Positions 10,292 to 19,266 of a DNA stretch of 64,000 nt are shown here, piece after piece (positions within the stretch are counted from its first letter, which is position 1; every line of letters begins with the position of its first letter). This DNA is from an uncultured Thermococci archaeon (GTDB taxonomy: Archaea > CAYQAE01 > CAYVLA01): the NCBI GenBank assembly GCA_964549615.1, contig CAZJVP010000020.1, positions 1 through 64,000 on the forward strand, given 5' to 3'. The translations under genes were made by a program, and so were the position numbers. The notes beneath the pieces are model-generated. The model saw nothing but the letters and a program-made list of their open reading frames with translations. It was not told where the DNA came from and made no database searches.

Positions 10292-11743
10292 TCATACGGG
10301 CGTATAGACCCCGAACCTATGCGCGACCTCCTCCCTGAACAGTTCATATCTCTCACGGTAGTGAGGCACTATATCCTCTTCTGGCCATACCTCCGCGTCG
10401 ATCCTGACCATCCGACGTGCGGCCCGCGCCAAGCCAACCCTGAGGTCGGACGAGGCGGCAAGGATTGCCACTCCCATGGCGGCTTCGGGAACGGCGGGTC
10501 TAAGCACGCGTCTGGAAAGAACGTTTGCTCGGATCTGAAGCCAGACGCCGCTCTTCGCGCCTCCCCCGGCCGTGTAGATCGCCTGCCCCACGCGCGCCCC
10601 CAGAGCCTGCATGGTATCGTAGGCCATCCTTTCGAGGTACGCGACGCCTTCCAGATACGAAGCATAGCGCTCCACCTCATTCCTTGGCTGGCCCACTAGG
10701 AATCCCTCGGCTTCCGGGGCAACGAAGGGAAACCTCTCCCCCCTTCTTGCTAGGGGGTAGGCAACGAGTGGCGTTGGCACGATTTTGGCGGCCTCCCGGT
10801 CTAAGGCCTCAAGGTCCGCCCTGGGGAATGCCTTTCTCAGACATTCTCCCCCCGTATTGCTTGCGCCGCCTGGCATCCAGAGGCGCTCGGGGTGAAGATG
10901 GCTGTAGATCCTGCCCTCCGGGTCCTTCATCAGATTCTCCGTCACGCCCTTCATCACAAGAGTTGTGCCCAGCGTGGTCTCCCAATCGCCCAACCCTGCC
11001 GCGCCCGATGCTATCTGGGACGCACATCCGTCCGTGAGTCCAGCCAGAACAGGCGTTCCCTCCGCCACCCCCGTCTCACCTGAGGCCCGGGGTGTCACGT
11101 GCCCGATCACCTGCCCGGGCGGAACGACCTCCGGCATCTTCTCGGGCGGTATCCCGATCTCCTGGAGGAAATCCGGCCACCTGTAGTCGATGAGGTCGAA
11201 ACAGCTCTTCAAGGCGTTCGTGTGATCGGTGTGCCGCCATTGACCGACCAGCTTGCCCGACACGTAGTCCGCGGCATGGACGAAGGTTTCGGCCGACTCG
11301 AAAAGGGCCCTTCGGTTCCTCCTGAGCCAAACTAGCTTCGCAACCGCGAAGGAGGCGTTTATCCTGTATCCGAGTTTCCGCTCTAGGTCCCGTCCTGCCT
11401 CGGATGCGATCGCCGCCGCCTCCTTTGCCCTGCCATCGTTGTACATGATGGCGTTTCCGAGAGGCCGGCCCTTGCGATCCACAGCAAGGATAGTGCCCGA
11501 TGTTGAATCGACGCACACGGCGGCAACCTTCTCATGCACTGGACGGATGGCGGTCCGGATCGACCGCCTCACGCAGGGCCACCAACGCGCAGGGTCCTGC
11601 TCGGACCAGCCTGCAGGCAAGCCGCCCACGTCGGCGTCCAGGGGAACGCTTGACGACGAGATGACAACACCGTCCTCTCTCACCGCCATGGCACGGCATC
11701 CCTGCGTGCCCAGATCGATTCCCAGATAGACTGCCATTCGCAT
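10292..11743 (-). CDS. FGGY-family carbohydrate kinase (xylulokinase-like)
   Basis: YLGIDLGTQG, EQDP..WW, MYND.R, TDG.A, TLGTTLV, GERFP, GGGAKS..W.QI.A. Confidence 0.92.
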   Translation of the reverse strand: MRMAVYLGIDLGTQGCRAMAVREDGVVISSSSVPLDADVGGLPAGWSEQDPARWWPCVRRSIRTAIRPVHEKVAAVCVDSTSGTILAVDRKGRPLGNAIMYNDGRAKEAAAIASEAGRDLERKLGYRINASFAVAKLVWLRRNRRALFESAETFVHAADYVSGKLVGQWRHTDHTNALKSCFDLIDYRWPDFLQEIGIPPEKMPEVVPPGQVIGHVTPRASGETGVAEGTPVLAGLTDGCASQIASGAAGLGDWETTLGTTLVMKGVTENLMKDPEGRIYSHLHPERLWMPGGASNTGGECLRKAFPRADLEALDREAAKIVPTPLVAYPLARRGERFPFVAPEAEGFLVGQPRNEVERYASYLEGVAYLERMAYDTMQALGARVGQAIYTAGGGAKSGVWLQIRANVLSRRVLRPAVPEAAMGVAILAASSDLRVGLARAARRMVRIDAEVWPEEDIVPHYRERYELFREEVAHRFGVYTPV

Positions 11744-11867
11744 CCCCAGGGGGGCCTCCGGAAATATTAGGTTTACCTGGGGTCAAAGCTGAGAGTGTCG
11801 AGCTGCCGATGCCGCCCGGGCAGAGAGGCAGAGAGCACCGTGCCTCCAGACGGAGCGGCAAGCTTGC

Positions 11868-11880
11868 GGGAAAAAAGAGG
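11868..11880 (-). terminator. Possible oligo-T terminator
   Basis: CCTCTTTTTTCCC on the minus strand about 35-45 nt after the stop at 11913. Confidence 0.35.
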
Positions 11881-11912
11881 GGGAACCGTGAGGTTCGCCC
11901 CTGTGCGGCCCC

Positions 11913-12440
11913 CTAGGTGGTCGTCTTGTCGGAGCTGACCCCTAGGATGCCGATCTCGTTGCACAGCGACAGGTTCGCGTTCACGACCTCGAGGGGATCG
12001 CAGATCGTGATGGTCGATACGTAGGACACGGCAAGGAGGGATCGTTTGATCGGTGACGTGCTCGTGTTACCATTTTGATAGATGAGGACGCCGATCTTGT
12101 AGCGCTGGCCGGGCTGCAGGTTCGATGTGTCCAAGGCCAGATTCAGCAACCTGCGGTCTCCGGAGTTGATCGTGGCGGTCATGCTGGCACTCTCGCCTAA
12201 GGGCTCGGCTGGTACGAGTGAGCCTGGCCTGACTGCCACGAGCTCTGCGATGATCTTGTGCTGACGGTTGTCCCTATTGGTCAGGGTGACGTTCACCTCA
12301 TCCAGCATCCCGCGGGCGAAAAGGTTGCCATCCGTCTGGACGTCAATTCCAATGCCCCTCTGGGCGCTCAGCGCAACCAGTACCAACCCGGATACGACAA
12401 GGAGGGCAAGAAGCTTCTCGATTTTTCCCAGAAAAAGCAC
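11913..12440 (-). CDS. Small secreted/membrane-anchored Ig-like hypothetical protein
   Basis: Hydrophobic N-terminus (LLALLVVSGLVLVAL) followed by a beta-rich domain; divergent from leuS; GGAGGTG at 12438-12444. The upstream part of the 459-aa track ORF is antisense to leuS. Confidence 0.65.
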   Translation of the reverse strand: MLFLGKIEKLLALLVVSGLVLVALSAQRGIGIDVQTDGNLFARGMLDEVNVTLTNRDNRQHKIIAELVAVRPGSLVPAEPLGESASMTATINSGDRRLLNLALDTSNLQPGQRYKIGVLIYQNGNTSTSPIKRSLLAVSYVSTITICDPLEVVNANLSLCNEIGILGVSSDKTTT

Positions 12441-12500
12441 CTCCGGTCTCTGTTGAGCGAAAAAGACGAAATCGGTATCGCGCTGCTTCCCGGAAAGATA

Positions 12501-12508
12501 TTTAAAAA
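12501..12508. promoter_or_regulatory. TATA box in the leuS divergent intergenic region
   Basis: TTTAAAAA between two divergent genes. Confidence 0.5.
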
Positions 12509-12572
12509 AGTTCAAGGAGCCCGTCTCAAGAGGGCTTGTAGGGATCCTGTCTGCTTCTCCGGAGGGCCCTTC

Positions 12573-15455
12573 TTGGCCGACTTTAGGAAAATCGAGGCGA
12601 AGTGGCACGAACGCTGGAAGGATGCGAGGATCTACGAGGTTGACCTCCCAAGGAGGCCCAAGCTGTTCGTCACCGCGGCGTATCCCTACCCCAACGGCTT
12701 GATGCACCTTGGACATCTGGCCACGTACCTTCCAGCGGACTTCACCGCCAGGTACTACAGGATGAAGGGCCGCGACGTCCTGTTTCCCATGGGGTTCCAC
12801 GTCACGGGACCCGCAACCACGGGTTTTGCGCGCGCGATCCAGAGGGGGGACAGGGACGTGGTGGAGGATTATCACAAGGTTCACAGGGTCTCCTACGAGG
12901 ACATCGAGAGCTTCAAGAACCCGGAGAGGATCGTTGAGTACTTCAGCGAGAAGATCAGGGGCAACTTCGAGGACATCGGCCTGTCGATAGACTGGCGCAG
13001 ATCCTTCATGACCAAGGACAAGCCCTACACGAAGTTCATCGAGTGGCAGTTCTCCAAGCTTAACGCGGCCGGGCACCTCTCCAAAGGATCCCATCCCGTC
13101 ATCTGGTGCGACTCCTGCGGAAACGCCGTGGGCGAGGCAGATAGGGTTGAAGGCGACGAGGCGGACATCGTCCAGTTCATCGTCATGAAGTTCAGGCTCC
13201 CGGACGGAACCATCCTTCCCGCGGCGACCCTGAGGCCGGAGACCATCTTCGGCGTGACGAACATGTGGCTCAAGCCCGACGGGGAATACCACAGGATCGC
13301 CATCCAGGGAGAGGAATGGATCGTCGGCAAGGAAGCCGTCGGAAAGCTAGAGAGGCAGAAGAAGGCCGTGAGGGATCTTGGCCCGGTCGACCCCAGAGAC
13401 CTGATCGGCAGCGCGTGCACAAACCCCTTGACGGGCAAGGCTGTGCCCATCCTCCCTGCAACCTTCGTCGATACGTGCAACGCGACCGGGGTCGTGATGA
13501 GCGTGCCGGCCCACGCACCGCTGGACTACCAAGCATTGGTCGATCTCAGACGCGACCCGCGACGCATGTCCGGCACCAAGGTGGATCCGTCCGTCGTGGA
13601 ATCCATCCGTCCGATCGGCCTCATACAGGTGAAGGGCTTGTCGGAGTGGCCAGCCGTTGAAATCGTGAATAAGATGGGGATCTCGTCGCAGGAAGAGGCG
13701 GAGAAGCTCGAGAAGGCCACCCAGATAGTATACAAGAAAGAGTTCTACGAAGGCGTCCTCGGACCCATCACCGGGGCTTACGCCGGGCAGTCCGTGTCGA
13801 GGGCAAAGGAGGCCCTCTCAAGCGACCTCATCTCGATGGGCATTGCGGACGTGATGTACGAGACGACTGCCAGGGTAGTGTGCCGGTGCCGCACTCCCTG
13901 CTTCATCAAGGTCGTCGAGGACCAGTGGTTCATAGATTACGGGGATCGGGCCTGGAAGGAAACCACAAGGCGGCTTTTGTCCGGGATGAGGGTCGTTCCG
14001 GAGAAGCTCAGGAAGAGCTTCGAGTATTACGTTGACTGGATGAAGGAAAAACCGTGCGCCCGCAAGATCGGCTTCGGCACCCCCTTCATACTTGATCCGG
14101 CTTGGATAATCGAGCCTCTTTCAGACAGCACGATCTACATGGCGTACTACACGATAGCCAGGATAATAAACCAGAAGAAGATCGAGCCGGCCAAGCTGAC
14201 CAAGGAGCTCTTCGACTTCGTCTTTCTTGGAATCGGGCGTGCGGAGGAGGTTGCTAAAGCGAGCGGGTTGGACCGGGGCACGATAGAGGAAATGAGGCAC
14301 GAGTTCTTGAGTTGGTACCCCAACGACATCCGTTTCGTAGGTCCGGACCTCATCGGAAACCATGCGACCTTCTTCCTGTTCAACCACGCGGCCATCTTCC
14401 CCGAGGAGCTCTGGCCCAAGGGGATTGCCTGCAGCGGCATCGTTCTCAACGAGGGGGAGAAGATGAGCAAGTCGAAGGGCAACTCGATCCCCATCGCGGA
14501 CTCCCTTGACGAGTGGGGGGCCGACATAGTCAGGCTCTGGTTCGCCGCATGTGCCGAGTTCGGCCAGGACATCAACTACGAGGCTAGCCTACGCAACTCG
14601 GTCGCAAGGAGGCTTGCATGGTTCGAGGAGAGGATAAAGGAAGTGGCCGAAAGCAAGATTACGGAAAGTGCAGGCAAGAGAACCATAGACCTGTGGCTGG
14701 CCCAGAGGATGTCCAGGCGGGCGTTGGCCGTCGAAAGACACATCCAGAACATCTCGCCCAGGAAGGCGATCCAGGAGCTGATGTTCGAGACGTACAACGA
14801 CATCCAACATTACCTGAAACGGGCGGGCGACCACCCCGACCCCAACACGCTGACCGAGGTTTTCGATGCATGGATCAGGATGATGGCTCCCTTCGCCCCT
14901 CACTTCTGCGAGGAGATGTGGGAGAAGCTTGGCAGAAAGCCATTCGTGGTTCTTGAGCGCTGGCCCGAGGCTAGGGAGGACGAGTTGGGACGCATGGCTG
15001 AGGTCGCGGAGGGCCTCGTTAAGAACACGGTGGAGGATGTTAAGGAGATCGTCGCGGCAACCAACCTCAAGTATGCCCGCCTCAACCTCTACGTCGCCGA
15101 GGCCTGGAAGCGTTCGCTTCATGAAAGGGCCGTGAGAGCAGCCCTTGCGGGGAAGTCCGTCTCCGAGGTCATCTCCGAGGCCATGGAGGACCCCGAGATG
15201 AAGAAGCTGGGAAAGAAGGCCGTCTCATTCCTCCAGCACACGTTCGCGGATATCTCGAGGCGTCCCAGGGACGAACTCAGATCCATGGCCGAGGTTTCCG
15301 TCGACGAGTTCGACGTTCTTTCCCAGGCAGCGCCGTTCATCTCGAGCGAGACGGGCATGGAGGTCAGGGTACAGAAAGCCGAAAAGCCAGAACATGACCC
15401 CGAGGGAAAGGCAGCCAGGGCAGCCCCGTTTAAGCCAGCCATATACTTGGAATAG
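12573..15455 (+). CDS. leuS: Leucyl-tRNA synthetase (archaeal type)
   Basis: AYPYPNGLMHLGH (HIGH), ATLRPET editing domain, GVVMSVPAHAP, KMSKSKGN, C-terminal PFKPAIYLE; TTG start at 12573 after GGAGG. Confidence 0.97.
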   Translation: MADFRKIEAKWHERWKDARIYEVDLPRRPKLFVTAAYPYPNGLMHLGHLATYLPADFTARYYRMKGRDVLFPMGFHVTGPATTGFARAIQRGDRDVVEDYHKVHRVSYEDIESFKNPERIVEYFSEKIRGNFEDIGLSIDWRRSFMTKDKPYTKFIEWQFSKLNAAGHLSKGSHPVIWCDSCGNAVGEADRVEGDEADIVQFIVMKFRLPDGTILPAATLRPETIFGVTNMWLKPDGEYHRIAIQGEEWIVGKEAVGKLERQKKAVRDLGPVDPRDLIGSACTNPLTGKAVPILPATFVDTCNATGVVMSVPAHAPLDYQALVDLRRDPRRMSGTKVDPSVVESIRPIGLIQVKGLSEWPAVEIVNKMGISSQEEAEKLEKATQIVYKKEFYEGVLGPITGAYAGQSVSRAKEALSSDLISMGIADVMYETTARVVCRCRTPCFIKVVEDQWFIDYGDRAWKETTRRLLSGMRVVPEKLRKSFEYYVDWMKEKPCARKIGFGTPFILDPAWIIEPLSDSTIYMAYYTIARIINQKKIEPAKLTKELFDFVFLGIGRAEEVAKASGLDRGTIEEMRHEFLSWYPNDIRFVGPDLIGNHATFFLFNHAAIFPEELWPKGIACSGIVLNEGEKMSKSKGNSIPIADSLDEWGADIVRLWFAACAEFGQDINYEASLRNSVARRLAWFEERIKEVAESKITESAGKRTIDLWLAQRMSRRALAVERHIQNISPRKAIQELMFETYNDIQHYLKRAGDHPDPNTLTEVFDAWIRMMAPFAPHFCEEMWEKLGRKPFVVLERWPEAREDELGRMAEVAEGLVKNTVEDVKEIVAATNLKYARLNLYVAEAWKRSLHERAVRAALAGKSVSEVISEAMEDPEMKKLGKKAVSFLQHTFADISRRPRDELRSMAEVSVDEFDVLSQAAPFISSETGMEVRVQKAEKPEHDPEGKAARAAPFKPAIYLE

Positions 15456-15463
15456 GTGCGACA

Positions 15464-16894
15464 GTGTACCTCGTACTGGGATGCGGGAAGATCGGAGTCG
15501 TCCTCAGCAACGCGTTGAGGAGAAGAGGCAAGCAGGTCTCGGTAGTGGACAGGGACCGCAAGCTGGTCAAGTTTCTCCGGGAGAGCGGATTCAGGGCCAT
15601 GAAGCAGGACATCTCCAAACCGTGGAAGTTCGAGGGGCTGATCAAGCAGGCTCTGGTCGTTTTCATCCTCTCTGAGAATCCGGAGGCGAACATGGTCGCG
15701 TTGCAGCACGTCCAGAGGATCAACCCGACCTGCAGGACGTTCCTGGCCGTGCCGAATGAGATGACGGAGGACGAACGCAGGAACACGAAGGCCGATTACG
15801 TCTTCTCACCGGAGGCCACGGTGGCCGACAGGCTCACGTCGATTCTGGTCGAGAAGGGATTCCTCGAGGCCGAAGAGAGCCTGAGAAAGGCGAGGGGGCT
15901 TGAGAAGCTGGTCCGCGATGCCTTCAGCGAGGAGATGCTCATCGTCATGCACAACGATCCGGACCCCGACAGCATCGCGAGCGCGATAGCCATGCAGAGG
16001 ATCGCAGCGCATTACGGAAAGGCGGGGGTAATCACCTACGGAGGCGAGATAGGTCACAGGGAGAACCGTGCCATGGTCAATCTCCTAGACGCCCGCATCT
16101 TCAGGACGGACGAGCTGGAGAAGCCGATCGGTGACTACACGTTGGTCGCGTTGGTCGACTCCGCCATTCCCGGATCGAACAATCCGCTGCCGCGCGACTT
16201 TAGGCCCGAGATCGTGATCGACCACCATGATGTCAACGTGGACCTGATCAGGTGCGACTTCCTGGATGTGCGTCCGGACGTCGGCGCCACTTCGACCTTG
16301 ATGTACGAGTACCTTGACCTTCTCAGGATCCCGGTTACCCAGTCGCTCGCATCCGCCCTTCTTCACGGCATAATGACGGACACGGCGGATCTGACGATGA
16401 GGGCGAGCAAGAAGGACAAGGAGACCGTTGCCCAGCTGCACGCCAAAGCCGACCACGACATGCTGCTGAGGATCAAGACTCCAGACATGTCCAACGAGGC
16501 CATCGAGATCATCGCCCGTGCCGTGGAGAACAAGAGGATCAGGGGCGCCTATCTGATCTCGAACGTGGGTTACGTCAAGGAGAAGGAATCCATCTCGCAG
16601 GCTGCCGACCTCTTGGTGATGCTCGAGGGCATAAACACCGTGCTAGTATTCGGGGTGGTGGGGGAGGACGTTGTCATATCCGGCCGGAACCGCGACGTTG
16701 GCCTGAACATGGGAGAGATAATGCAGAAGGCCTTCGGCAAGGACGGCCCGGCGGGAGGCCGGGTGACGTCCGGAGCAGCGAGGATCCCCCTGGGGCTCTT
16801 CAAGGATCTGACGTCTGAGAAGAAGGTCCTCATAGAGATGATCGGATCCTCGATAGCCTCCAGGTTCTATGAGCAGCTGAACATCGCACCCTGA
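15464..16894 (+). CDS. TrkA-N (RCK) + DHH/DHHA1 phosphoesterase
   Basis: LGCGKIG Rossmann motif; HNDPDPDSIASA, IDHH, GATST, GI.TDT, SGR; GG.H is replaced by GGRV. Confidence 0.9.
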   Translation: MYLVLGCGKIGVVLSNALRRRGKQVSVVDRDRKLVKFLRESGFRAMKQDISKPWKFEGLIKQALVVFILSENPEANMVALQHVQRINPTCRTFLAVPNEMTEDERRNTKADYVFSPEATVADRLTSILVEKGFLEAEESLRKARGLEKLVRDAFSEEMLIVMHNDPDPDSIASAIAMQRIAAHYGKAGVITYGGEIGHRENRAMVNLLDARIFRTDELEKPIGDYTLVALVDSAIPGSNNPLPRDFRPEIVIDHHDVNVDLIRCDFLDVRPDVGATSTLMYEYLDLLRIPVTQSLASALLHGIMTDTADLTMRASKKDKETVAQLHAKADHDMLLRIKTPDMSNEAIEIIARAVENKRIRGAYLISNVGYVKEKESISQAADLLVMLEGINTVLVFGVVGEDVVISGRNRDVGLNMGEIMQKAFGKDGPAGGRVTSGAARIPLGLFKDLTSEKKVLIEMIGSSIASRFYEQLNIAP

Positions 16895-17238
16895 TCGTGC
16901 AGCGATCGATGGGAGCAGCTGGAGGTGCAAAGGCCCCTGTACGGGACAAGCCCACCGAATTTCCCTCGGAGTTGAGCGTCGGCCAGAGTGCTTGACAAAC
17001 GAATTGAGCGCGAGCACGATTGCGCAACCCTTGAGCCAACAACAGCCAGGGAGGTGCCTAAGCAACCCGTGGAGCCATTTAAGAGACGGCCGGGTGTTAG
17101 GGCGGCCTTGCCCTTGGAATTTCCCCTCCGGGGGTAGGAAGCCACCGCATGTTAATCAAGGTCACCCTAAGAACACAGAGGATTCTAGACGTCGTCCCTC
17201 GCCAAGGATAGGGGCGCGGCATCCTAAGGTGATCCAAG

Positions 17239-18708
17239 ATGGGTTCAGCAATTTCTAAGAGCAAAACCTTTCGCCTGCTCGGCCTTTGGGCTGGGATCAG
17301 CCTCTGCTGCCTCCTGATCTACGGCCTGTACCCACACGCCGTTCCGATTACGGGCGGGGCGACGAAGGACGAGCTGGAGTACAAGGCGGGCAAGACCCTC
17401 TACGGCCTTGAGGGGGCTTCCAAGATAACTGAGATCCGCGGACTGTCCGACGGCGCGGAGAAGACCTTCATGGAGAACGTGGACTTCAAGCTGTCCAAGG
17501 GATCGGTCGAGTGGCTGAGGGGCGGGCAGCACCCTGACCACGGCACTTACTTCACGGTGAGGTACATCAAACGGGGCTTGACCGCACCGCAGCTGGTCGG
17601 AATTCTGGCCGGCATTCTGGCGATTGCCGAGATCTTGATGAGCCTGACGCGGCTCGTGTTGGCCCGCAAAGGCAAGCCGGCCGCCGAGGCAGCCATGATA
17701 GGTCGCCTCTACAGGCTTGGGGCCGTCCTGGCCATCATAATGGGGATCGCGTGGGGCTTTGGAGCCCTTTTCATGGTCGGAACGCTCTTCACGTTGTTCG
17801 GCGGAATGATATTAGGGTGGTCGTTACAGGCGCCCGTAAGCGGGTTCGCCGCCTGGGCTCTGGTTTCGCTGAAGCGTCCTTTCAGGCCCGGCGACCGCAT
17901 CCAGTTTCCGAACCTTGGCCTGACGGGGGACGTGAAGGACGTCGGGATCATGTACACCATGTTGGATCAGGTTGGAGGTAGCATCGGTAGCGAAGAGGCC
18001 GTGGGAAGGTACGTCCTGGTGCCCAATGCCATGCTGTTCAGCCAGGTGGTGATCAACTACACCGTGATGCAGGAGGCGGCGTATATGCTGGACGAGGTCG
18101 TCATAAGGATAACCTACGATTCGGACTGGAAGAAAGCCGAGAAGATACTGCTGGACGCCGCCACGGAGGTGACGAAGGACATCATCGAGGCCACCAAGCA
18201 GAAGCCGTACATCCGCTCGGACTATTACGACTATGGCGTCTACCTGCGCCTCAGATACCAGACGCGGGTGAAGGACCGAGTGGAGATAGCGTATGAGATC
18301 AACAAGAGGATCTTCAACGAGATCCAGAAGGAGCCCTCGGTTGACCTCGCGATCCCCTACGTCTACTCCTACAGGGCGGGCGCTGACAGGAAGGAGGATT
18401 TCGCCCAAGAGCAGAGAGGAGGCAAGGAGGTCCGGGAGATCGAGATCGACCGCATCGTCTCCACGGCCGAGACGAATCTCCAGGATGTTGAGCGGTTGGC
18501 AAAGAGCATTGCGGCCCAAGGCCTGCTGCAGCCGATCCTAGTGGTCAGGAGGCCGCAAGGCGGGCTGTACGACATAGTGGCAGGCCATCTTCGATTCGAA
18601 GCCTGTAAGCGGCTGGGCTGGAAGACGATTCCGGCCGTGGTCCAGGAGGCGCATCCCACACCATCCACGTCGACCTGGCGGACTAGCCAGGAAAGTCTTT
18701 CAGCGTGA
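17239..18708 (+). CDS. MscS-family mechanosensitive channel with C-terminal ParB/Srx-like domain
   Basis: TM helices, PFRPGDRI, G.V..VG.MYT, VPN..LF...V.NYT, I.YDSD; C-terminal LAKSI...GLLQPILV...YDIVAGHLRFEACKRLG. Confidence 0.88.
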   Translation: MGSAISKSKTFRLLGLWAGISLCCLLIYGLYPHAVPITGGATKDELEYKAGKTLYGLEGASKITEIRGLSDGAEKTFMENVDFKLSKGSVEWLRGGQHPDHGTYFTVRYIKRGLTAPQLVGILAGILAIAEILMSLTRLVLARKGKPAAEAAMIGRLYRLGAVLAIIMGIAWGFGALFMVGTLFTLFGGMILGWSLQAPVSGFAAWALVSLKRPFRPGDRIQFPNLGLTGDVKDVGIMYTMLDQVGGSIGSEEAVGRYVLVPNAMLFSQVVINYTVMQEAAYMLDEVVIRITYDSDWKKAEKILLDAATEVTKDIIEATKQKPYIRSDYYDYGVYLRLRYQTRVKDRVEIAYEINKRIFNEIQKEPSVDLAIPYVYSYRAGADRKEDFAQEQRGGKEVREIEIDRIVSTAETNLQDVERLAKSIAAQGLLQPILVVRRPQGGLYDIVAGHLRFEACKRLGWKTIPAVVQEAHPTPSTSTWRTSQESLSA

Positions 18709-19030
18709 TCATGTACGTCCTGCCCAGCTTGCGCCGTTGGATGATGTTCCGCTGCTCGAGCCTGGACAGAACCCTCGTCACCTTCGGCTTCGAGAACGAT
18801 AGCAGTTCCGAGACGTGTCTCTGCCTCACGGCCTTCTTCTCGAGCAGAAGCCTCACCATCTTGCGCTCGTCCTTCGAGAGCAGGCTGAGGAAGAGCTGGG
18901 TGAAACGGTTCATCGGGGCGATGTCCACCACGATCTTCGCCTTGCGATGCTTCAGGATCTCGTCCGTGTCTATGAGGGCATGGACCTCAACTTCATCGTT
19001 GAAGCTGCCAGTCGTCATCCCGTCGATCAC
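18683..19030 (-). CDS. Winged-helix (MarR-like) putative transcription regulator
   Basis: LSKDERKMV...VRQ..VSELLSFSKPKVTRVLSRLEQRNII.R.K.GRT. Confidence 0.75.
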   Translation of the reverse strand: MIDGMTTGSFNDEVEVHALIDTDEILKHRKAKIVVDIAPMNRFTQLFLSLLSKDERKMVRLLLEKKAVRQRHVSELLSFSKPKVTRVLSRLEQRNIIQRRKLGRTYMITLKDFPG

Positions 19031-19266
19031 GCGCCGTCACCGCGCCCCCGACTATGTGAAACAAAATAAAAGGATTGTCGCCCGAAAGAGGAGCAATTCA
19101 CCATCTTGGGAAAACTAGCCTGAAAAGGAAGCGCCTGAGCCTGCCGAGCAGCGCCGCCAATCTGGGCTCTGGGCCCGATCGCCGAGTGGCCGACGCCAAA
19201 CCATACGCGTCCGAAAGCGTTATCAGGCTCAAGCCAAGCCCGGCTCAGTTCGGTACGGTGCAGCCC

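Noticed and set aside
12258-12572. N-terminal extension of LeuRS in the ORF track
   Set aside because: It overlaps the divergent gene and a TATA box; homology starts at MADFRKIEAKW (TTG 12573).
17110-17160. c-di-AMP (ydaO) riboswitch call
   Set aside because: The resemblance is only fragmentary (GAAT...GGAAGCCACCGC...GTTAATC) and the downstream consensus elements are not recognisable; kept only as an unassigned structured leader.
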